Assembly: GCA_002269645.1 (NCBI GenBank)
Contig: NIVC01002335.1
Location: forward strand, 118,452 to 182,451
Length of the DNA: 64,000 nucleotides
Origin: Macrostomum lignano
Taxonomy: Eukaryota
Direction: 5' to 3'
How positions within the stretch are numbered: position 1 is the first letter of the stretch; each line of letters starts with the position of its first letter. Below are positions 54,834 to 64,000 of the stretch, piece after piece. The notes below the pieces were generated by a model that was not told the origin of the DNA, did no database searches, and was given only the letters and a program-made list of their open reading frames with translations. Both the position numbers and the translations under genes were made by a program.

Positions 54834-57800
54834 ATGTCCTTATCGAGCATTGCCGTCATCGTGGCCATCTGGAGCTCTCGAGCTGCCGGTGAGACCTTCG
54901 TCTTCGACAAGAGGCCGGACCTGTGCTTCGCGGAGGCGGCCCCGGCTGCTGGCGACCAGCGCAAAGTGCTCGGAGTTGTTGACTCTCGAGTGTGCGCGGT
55001 TGAGTGCGCGGTCAACACCAGCGTGTGTTCCGTGTACCAATACCTGCCTGGCAACAAATCCTGCGTCCTTGGCAACAGCTGCGACCTGCTGCTGAAGTGG
55101 CAGAGTACTGGCGGGCCGGCGTGCGACACGCAGACGCTTCGAGATCGGGCAGCGTGCGGGACCACGAGCGACACTGCAGCCACAACTGCAGCCTCGACTG
55201 GAGCAGTTGCTACTACAACTACAACACCCACTACAACACCCACTACAACACCAACTACAACTACAACTACAACACCAACTACAACACCAACTACAACACC
55301 AACTACAACACCCACTACAACTACAACACCCACTACAACTACAACTACAACTACAACACCAACTACAACACCAACTACAACTACAATGCCAACTACAACT
55401 ACAACACCGACTACAACTACAACACCCACTACAACTACAACTACAACTACAACACCAACTACAACACCAACTACTACTACAATGCCAACTACAACTACAA
55501 CACCGACTACAACTACAACACCAACTACAACTACAACACCAACTACAACACCAACTACAACTACAACACCAACTACAACTACAACACCAACTACAACACC
55601 AACTACAACTATAACACCAACTACAACTATAACACCAACTACAACTACAGCTCCAGCTACAACACCAACTACAACACCAACTACAACTATAACACCAACT
55701 ACAACTACAGCTCCAGCTACAACACCAACTACAACACCAACTACAACTATAACACCAACTACAACTACAGCACCAGCTACAACACCAACTACAACTACAA
55801 CACCAACTACAACACCAACTACAACACCAACTACAACTACAACACCAACTACAACTACATCACCAACTACAACTACAACACCAACACCAACTACAACACC
55901 AACTACAACACCAACTACAACTACAACACCAACTACAACTACAGCACCAGCTACAACACTCAGTGCGCCATCTGCATTCAATGGTAAGTGCGCATGAGAA
56001 TTAAAAAACCAAATGCCGGGTTCTGGATGCTATTATAGATAACAGTGTAACAGTTTATAGCGATATATAAAGTCGAACCACTGTAGTATAACAAGACGTA
56101 GAACTCATCTTTTGGAGGCCAATTTACTAAAAGAACACTGCGAAAAAATTATTTCTTCATCACAAAAGCAATGCTGGCATTTGATCTGGGGCAGTAAAAA
56201 TTACTTATTCGTATAATATCAAACATGCACAACATATGTTACTCTGTTGTATTTTATACAGTTGTGTAGTGAAAGTTTCATATTGTTTTCTTTTTATTTG
56301 AGAAGCCCAAGGTTGTAAACACTCATAAGTGGCACTATATCTGAAATTTTTGTTTTGCTCCTTCTCAAATCAAATATATTTGTAATAAAATGTGGCAAGC
56401 AGGTACTCTAGGTACTCTAAGCCAATATTGTAGGTATAATGATCCATTTCAATGCATATTAGTTCCTAGATACATTACATACATGCATACACAGTTTGTG
56501 CATACAACTTTGGGCTTATTAAATGAAAAAAAGACAATATAAAAATGAAACTTTCTCTACACAGGTATATCATACAATAGAGTAACCAAGGACTACTAAA
56601 GTAACATATATATAGGACGCAACACTCGAAATCTATGGTAAATGTTTTAAAGGCAACTTTTCGCCGAAAAATACACTACAGAGATAGGAAATTTCACGAT
56701 TTTCAACACTAAAACAGTGATTGGGTCTCTTAACAGTGTCAGAGAATGTTCTAATCACACAATTTTGTGCTTCACATGCTGCTCTAACGACGCATTAATC
56801 GATCCATTATTTTAAACGTTTTTTTCAAGTGACAGACCAATTAAACATGAAAAACAATTAATGCGTGGTTAGAGCAGCATGTGAGGCACAAAATTGTGTG
56901 ATTAGAACTTTCTCTGACACTGTTAAGAGACCCAATCACTGTTTTAGTGTTGAAAATCGTGAAATTTCCTACCTCCGTAGTGTATTTTTCCGGTGAAACC
57001 TGCCTTTACATCTATTTCTGAACGAAAAGCTTTATGAATATCGATAGAGCAATAAGAAAGGCACAACATATCAAAAGATGAACACTGGATCTGCCTATCT
57101 CTCCTATCTCTGTAGTGTATTTTTCGGCGAGAAGTTGCCTTCAAAACATTTACCATAGATTTCGAGTGTAGCGTCCTTCTACTTAAGTTGTCCTTGAGAG
57201 TAACATGCTGTGCATGCTAAATTAAAAGAATGGTAATCATCACTGCCCCAGAGCTGGCATCGATGCAACGAAATTCAATTTATTATTTGATGAAAAAAAT
57301 GTTTTCTTTCATCCATCTTCTAACCCGAGTAAATTAGCCGGTCTCTGACTGTTTTTACCATGGCTGCCTTCTGGCGGCATTTCTCGGGTTGTGGGCAATC
57401 CAATTGACCTACCCTTAAGGTAGCTCAATCCTAAAGTGTCCTCACGGGAGGTAGATGTGCATTCCAAAAATCTAAATATACTAAATCTCTAATATTTGTT
57501 TGTTTGTCCATAACGCTCTAGAGAGAGCAATTCTTGTAACAATTCTCTAAGTTTCTGCCCTGCCTTGGTTTAGGGGGGGTTGTACCTGGAGTGATTGTGA
57601 CTCTGGACTGCAGTGTGGCTGAGCCTCCGGGTCGTAGTACCCACCCTGCAGGAAAGACGATCATTCACAAAAGTGTACGGTAGAGCCCAGTTGATGCCAG
57701 CCCTGAGGCTGAGCCCCTAGTGATCCTCCTCCATTATTGATTTTATCCCTGTCTTTGTGCTTTGTGTTTTATCCCTTGCTTTTAGCTTTTGATCCATGGA

Positions 57801-59239
57801 CAACTAGAGTAGTCTACTCTAGTTGTTCATGTTTTGGTCATGATCGAGCCAACCCAAAATTTAGGAGCTAAGATCTCGCCTCTGTGAATTCCATCGGCTC
57901 CCTCGGCCCATCTGCTGTCTCCTCTGGCTGTCTCCCTGCTTATTGTGTCTCGGCTATCATCACTGACAGTGGATTGGTGTCCTGGAGAATGAGTTCGTCC
58001 CGAATCGGAGAATACTGGCTGAGTGCCCTTTTGCTCTGTGCTGCTCCTCTCCAACCCCTTGGCTTGGGCTTATTAGAGCTGGGTACTGAAAAAGCCTTGT
58101 GGCTTGCAGCCCTATTGGAGGTTTTATCCTAAAGGCCTACCTGACAGGAGACTCGCTCCTGATAAATAAGCTGCCCACACTCTTTGCCCACAAGCTAGTA
58201 GCAGCTCAGCTAGGGCAAGTCCCCGGCCTCCAATACTGGCGTCTCGGGCTTATGCCCCTAGTAGTGTCGCCCTACAAAATCGCTGCGGCAGAGCCCTTCC
58301 CTGGACTGATCCGCGCTAGGCTAAGCTTGGCACTTCGTTTAACAACAACAACAAAATTAACCTTCAAAATAATTACACGTTCTCAGAGTTTTACACCAGC
58401 TGTTGTACGACAATGGTCCTTGCAATAAAAACTCAAATTCCATCGAACTCCCTCCAGCTCCTCCGTCGGACTCGAGCAACCAAACTGGATCGGTGCAGAC
58501 TTTCACTCCGCCGACCGACGGCTGCTATCGAATCTCGGCTTGGGGCGCCAGAGGCGGCAAGTCATCCGCTAACGCGAACGGCGGCAGAGGCGCATTCAAG
58601 AGCGCCAATTTCATGCTGACCACGTCGCAAACTCTCACGCTTGTTGTTGGCAAGCCGGGAAACAGAGGCAGCAGCGGCGGAGGAGGCGGAGGAGGCGGCA
58701 GCTTTGTGTACACAACCGGCCCCAGCACGCTGCTACTGGTGGCCGGTGGCGGAGGAGGCGGCGGCGCCGCATCTTCTTCGACGATCGGTAAGGACGGAAC
58801 AAGCAGCACCGGAGGCTCTTGCGACACATCCGACGGACAAGGCGGTGACGGTGAAAGCTTTAGAAACTCTGGCGCGGGCGGAGCTGGTTGGAGCTCAGAT
58901 GGAACAGCCCTGGCCACTGACAAAAACGGAGGCCACGGTGGAAGAAGCATCAGCGGCAACTGGGCCGGAGGCAACGGAGGGCCGGGCAGCAACGGCTTCG
59001 GCGGCTACGGTGGAGGCGGCGGAGGCGGCAACAACAATGATGAAGATGGAGGCGGCGGCGGAGGAGGCGGCTACTCTGGCGGCTGCGGAGGACCCGGCGA
59101 CAGCAGTAACGGCTACGGAGGCGGCGGTGGCAGCTACGCGAGCTCATCCGGCAAGCAGGCCACGGGAACGACAGGCGGCAACGGTGAAGTCTTCGGCAAG
59201 GTGAGCATCGCTCAGGTGGACGGCTCTCTGTGCAGTTAA
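54834..59239 (+). CDS. Predicted secreted protein: signal peptide + PAN/Apple-like domain + Thr/Pro mucin stalk + ALK/LTK-type glycine-rich domain, 2 exons, ~643 aa
   Basis: Exon 1 54834-55983 (donor G|GTAAGT, phase 1); exon 2 58458-59239 (acceptor CTCCCTCCAG, phase 1); 1932 nt. CAVECAVNTSVCSVYQYLPGNKSCVL fits the PAN core. ~260 aa are (TTTP)-rich. QTFTPPTDGCYRISAWGARGG...[31 protein letters not shown] parallels ALK/[55 protein letters not shown]. Confidence 0.82.
56614..57177. mobile_element. Foldback/MITE element family B: inverted arms 56614-56799 and 56857-57177 around a ~57-nt spacer
   Basis: AGGACGCAACACTCGAAATCTATGGTAAATG... is the reverse complement of ...CATTTACCATAGATTTCGAGTGTAGCGTCCT. 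The right arm has an extra ~140-nt segment between direct repeats. No clean TSD seen. Confidence 0.8.
57550..58355. other. Unclassified GC-balanced insertion ending in (AAC)n, possibly a retroelement end
   Basis: Composition step against AT-rich intron; terminal GTTTAACAACAACAACAA; no recognisable protein. Confidence 0.3.
58458..59239 (+). CDS. Exon 2: ALK/LTK-like glycine-rich (polyglycine-II) domain
   Basis: Within ORF 58403-59239. Ordered Gly motifs [53 protein letters not shown], then G.GKVSI; stop follows with no TM segment. Confidence 0.85.
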
Positions 59240-59937
59240 CATGAGCAAAATATTTCAAAGAATATTCATACGTATGCTGTATAAATTACATTATTGAGTG
59301 TAACGATAGCTACCTTAAGCATAGCTAGGACATAATGTTAATAAGACTCTTGGTTTTTTATTTGCAGTGATCGTAAGTTTGAAATAAATATTTTTGTAGC
59401 TATGCAATATATTTAAATTTTTTACTGTTCAAATTATTTTTAACAAAATTTAGAAAACATAACTCCTCTGGATGCTTGCAAGTAATAGGTTTTCTTCTAA
59501 TGTTTCAAATTTTAAATGATAATTTCTGAACAAATATACTAAGAACTCCTCATCCCTTTAAACAAATAGAATTTCTGTGAAAGCCAATTCCCACACCTTA
59601 GCATTGTTTGAGTCTTTTTGAGATTGAGTTAAAACATAAACACTCTAGTCAAGAGTAATCAAAGAAAGGGAATGAGTTACGACTAAATCATGGCCGTCAG
59701 CTGTCAATATTTTACATTTCTCTGTCCACGACCTCCTTCTTACGCAGGTCCTTCCTCACCTCAATCCATAAACCCGCTCCTTGCCATTGGCCATATGAAT
59801 TCCCGACAAATCTGTTTTGGATTGATGAAAGCACAGATATTATGCGCTCGTAAAAACGAGTTATGAAAATCGATGTGTTGTGGAAGTCTGGAGACTGAAA
59901 TTTGGTGATAGTGGAGTCTCGGGATTGTTCAAGTTTG

Positions 59938-61437
59938 CAGATTGTGAAGTTTGAGAATTGGGAAGTTTGAGGATTGTGAAGCTTGAGGATTGTGAAGCTT
60001 GGGGATTGTGAAGCTTGGGGATTGTGAAGCTTGGGGATTGTGAAGCTGGGGGATTGTGAAGCTTGAGGATTGGGAAGCTTGGGGATTGTGAAGCTTGAGA
60101 ATTGTGAAGCTTGAGGATTGGGAAGCTTGAGAATTGTGAAGCTTGGGGATTGTGAAGCTTGAGAATTGTGAAGCTTGAGGATTGGGAAGCTTGGGGATTG
60201 TGAAGCTTGGGGATTGTGAAGCTTGGGGATTGTGAAGCTTGAGGATTGTGAAGCTTGAGGATTGTGAAGCTTGGGGATTGTGAAGCTTGAGAATTGTGAA
60301 GCTTGAGGATTGTGAAGCTTGAGAATTGTGAAGCTTGAGGATTGTGAAGCTTGAGAATTGTGAAGCTTGAGGATTGGGAAGCTTGGGGATTGTGAAGCTT
60401 GAGGATTGTGAAGCTTGGGGATTGTGAAGCTTGAGGATTGTGAAGCTTGAGGATTGTGAAGCTTGGGGATTGTAAAGCTTGGGGATTGTGAAGCTTGGGG
60501 ATTGTGAAGCTTGAGGATTGTGAAGCTTGAGGATTGTGAAGCTTGGGGATTGTGAAGCTTGAAGATTGTGAAGCTTGGGGATTGTGAAGCTTGAGGATTG
60601 TGAAGCTTGAGGATTGTGAAGCTTGGGGATTGTGAAGCTTGGGGATTGTGAAGCTTGGGGATTGTGAAGCTTGGGGATTGTGAAGCTTGGGATTGTGAAG
60701 CTTGGGGATTGTGAAGCTTGAGAATTGTGAAGCTTGAGGATTGGGAAGCTTGAGGATTGTGAAGCTTGGGGATTGTGAAGCTTGGGGATCGTGAAGCTTG
60801 AGGATTGTGAAGCTTGAGGATTGTGAAGCTTGGGGATTGTGAAGCTTGGGGATTGTGAAGCTTGAGGATTGTGAAGCTTGAGGATTGGGAAGCTTGGAGA
60901 TTGTGAAGCTTGGGGATTGCGAAGCTTGAGGATTGTGAAGCTTGAGGATTGTGAAGCTTGAGGATTGTGAAGCTTGAGGATTGTGAAGCTTGGGGATTGG
61001 GAAGTTTGAGGATTGTGAAGCTTGAGGATTGTGAAGCTTGAGGATTGTGAAGCTTGGGGATTGTGAAGCTTGAAGATTGTGAAGCTTGAGGATTGTGAAG
61101 CTTGAGGATTGTGAAGCTTGGGGATTGTGAAGTTCGGGGATTGTGAAGCTTGAGGGTTGTGAAGCTTGAGGATTGTGAAGCTTGGAGATTGTGAAGCTTG
61201 AGGATTGTGAAGCTTGGAGATTGTGAAGCTTGAGGATTGTGAAGCTTGAGGATTGTGAAACTTAGGGTTTGTGAAGCTTGAGGATTGGGAAGCTTGAGGA
61301 TTGTGAAGCTTGAGAATTGAAAAGTTTGGGGATTGTGAAGCTTGAGGATTTTGAAACTTAGGGTTTGTGAAGCTTGAGGATTGGGAAGCTTGAGGATTGT
61401 GAAGCTTGAGAATTGAAAAGTTTGGGGATTGTGAAGA
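59938..61437. repeat. 16-bp minisatellite (G[A/G]GGATTGTGAAGCTT)n, ~93 copies, array A
   Basis: Direct reading; source of spurious ORFs at 59712-61506. Confidence 0.97.
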
Positions 61438-61984
61438 TGCATGCGCCATCGCTTCGTTGCCGCAGCTAAGTTTAGCTCTCTGAACTTCTTTCAATCCGGC
61501 ATCCAAACCAGATCCTCATGCGCACTGTCAACTCAAGCAGTGCCTCTAGCGTGTTTGTCTCTCAGACTCAAGTAGATAACTAGCAGAAACACTCAACTTT
61601 CTCTTTTGTAAGTTCTCTTCATTCCACTTCAAGGCTGTTCTGTTTAGTTGGTCCTTGCATAATATTTTTTTTCACGTCTCCAGCACTGCATGGACGTCTT
61701 CCCTGCCCTGCGCATCTGCACTTCATGAAACAGCTTAAGATGCATCCGCTGACGTATGGCCCCAACACGTGATGATGGACTTGCTCCCCATGACCTTGCC
61801 GCAGCCTCCTCAAGGCCACTTTTCTCTCTCCCGTCTCCCCGGCTCTTTGCATGCTGGATCCAGTTCTTTCTGCACTTGATCTTCTGTCTTTTGTCTTTTG
61901 TCAACCCCCCCCCCTCGGTAATTTGCTCCATTGTTGTTTTACACCCTATTTGAGGCGCCCTTGGCAGTTGCTCCAAGGATTCTT

Positions 61985-62590
61985 GAGGATTGTGAAGCTT
62001 GAGGATTGGGAAGCTTGAGGATTGTGAAGCTTGGGGATTGTGAAGCTTGGGGATTGTGAAGCCTGGGGATTGTGAAGCTTGAGGATTGTGAAGCTTGAGG
62101 ATTGTGAAGCTTGGGGATTGTGAAGCTTGGGGATTGTGAAGCTTGGGGATTGTGAAGCTTGGGGATTGTGAAGCTTGGGGATTGTGAAGCTTGGGGATTG
62201 TGAAGCTTGAGGATTGGGAAGCTTGAGGATTGTGAAGCTTGGGGATTGTGAAGCTTGGGGATTGTGAAGCTTGGGATTGTGAAGCTTGGGGATTGTGAAG
62301 CTTGAGGATTGGGAAGCTTGAGGATTGTGAAGCTTGGGGATTGTGAAGCTTGGGGATTGTGAAGCTTGAGGATTGTGAAGCTTGAAGATTGTGAAGCTTG
62401 AGGATTGTGAAGCTTGAGGATTGGGAAGCTTGAGGATTGTGAAGCTTGAGGATTGTGAAGCTTGAAGATTGTGAAGCTTGGGGATTGTGAAGCTTGAAGA
62501 TTGTGAAGCTTGAGGATTGTGAAGCTTGAGGATTGTGAAGCTTGAGGATTGTGACGTTTTTGGATTGTGAAGCTTGGCGATTGTGAAGTT
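61985..62590. repeat. Same 16-bp family, array B, flanked by a 56-bp direct repeat (61929-61984 / 62597-62652)
   Basis: CATTGTTGTTTTACACCCTATTT[G/A]AGGCGCCCTTGGCAGTTGCTCCAAGGATTCTT on both sides. Confidence 0.95.
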
Positions 62591-63559
62591 GTTTTACATT
62601 GTTGTTTTACACCCTATTTAAGGCGCCCTTGGCAGTTGCTCCAAGGATTCTTCCAACAAGAGCTACACGTACATCCAGTACAAGCCAGGGCTGGCAATTT
62701 TGCCCATAGTCTTAAGCAATTTTCTCAATACGGGCGTACTGGGACAATACTTTCTAGGAGAATTGGAGCGATTCTTATGTATGATCGGTGTGATTTTGAA
62801 GGCGAATGAGGGTGATTCTCTTTCAGACTTGTAAGTTTTCAATGTATAGGTTGATACAATGTATATAAAAGTGACTCTGAATTTCTCTCTCTAGTTTCAC
62901 TGACCAAGCCTCGATAGGACATGGTTGAAACTGTTACCTGCTATCGATGCCACTTTTGTCTATACTTTTGCATACATTTTCAAAAAAGCCTATAATATTA
63001 AAACGACATCAAAAAAACAATATTGAATACCTATAGACTCCAAGTTATTTTTTGGAAATTTTTTGTCTAAGTTCGTCTTTTGACTCTAGAAAACAGGTTA
63101 AATGTCCGCTCCACAGTGACAATGAACAGCTTGTACCGAAGCATCATTTAAAGTAAGTGCTATATCAAAATGAAGAGTCACTTTTACATTTTGTGCCATA
63201 AATGTCGCATATCAAAATTCACCAGACAAAACTAGTAGTTTTCGACGCATGAAACTACGCTCGTAATTTCAAAGATTTCTGCATCGCGTAAACAATACAT
63301 TGAAAATCTTACATAAATGAGGACTAAATTATGTGCATCCCTGTGAAAAAACTAAACTTTGGCGAGTTTCTGGAGCCGGGCCGCATAAAATTGAATAATC
63401 AGCCTCCAAAAAAAATTGCACGTTTTGTGCGTGTCGCCGTCTTTTACGAGTACTTATAAGTACATGTAGCCCGTGATACCATTTTTAGCGAACTGGTATT
63501 CAAGGAGCACCAGGCCAAGGTATCAGGACAGCGTTCCAAAATTGATCAAAAGGAGATAC

Positions 63560-64000
<441 letters not shown>

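Noticed and set aside
54776-55987. 401-aa Val/Gly ORF (minus) and Tyr/Asn or Leu/Gln ORFs (plus)
   Set aside because: Alternate frames of the Thr-rich stalk; only the 54834 frame has a signal peptide, a Cys domain and a phase-matched donor.
58403-59239. Bacterial PE-PGRS-like contaminant or a stand-alone horizontally acquired gene
   Set aside because: It has a phase-matched spliceosomal acceptor, sits among host repeats, and shows ALK/LTK-like motif order. Deep ancestry cannot be judged without a phylogeny.
59712-61506. 525- and 576-aa minus-strand ORFs
   Set aside because: Read-through of the 16-bp array.

Overview
Eukaryotic (metazoan) genomic DNA with GT-AG introns and very dense minisatellites. 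The style suggests a free-living flatworm such as Macrostomum; this is inference, not shown by the sequence. Four spliced protein-coding genes were reconstructed by hand with consistent splice phases: (1) an LDB1/Chip LIM-domain-binding cofactor (minus, 7 exons, 5843->678, ~540 aa); (2) a MAP1/Futsch microtubule-associated polyprotein (plus, 6 exons, 18016-35470, ~2336 aa) with a very large acidic heptad-repeat domain; (3) a TTC24-like TPR protein ending in a CaaX box (minus, 14 exons, 52495->38885, ~967 aa); (4) a predicted secreted protein of signal peptide + PAN/Apple-like domain + Thr/Pro mucin stalk + ALK/LTK-type glycine-rich domain with no TM or kinase (plus, 2 exons, 54834-59239, ~643 aa). 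Non-genic content includes a 5S rRNA copy with a 41-nt insertion, a head-to-tail dimer of a non-autonomous Helitron-like element, tRNA-derived SINEs, LINE remnants, foldback/inverted-repeat elements and about 25 minisatellite arrays. Most long ORFs in the supplied track are repeat artefacts. The best leads are the kinase-less ALK-ectodomain mucin, a 35-bp intronic array shaped like ~30 mini-introns separated by 3-nt microexons, mutually inverted arrays flanking a frame-symmetric MAP1 exon, the expanded 5S copy and the rolling-circle dimer. All family assignments come from recalled motifs; no database search was run.
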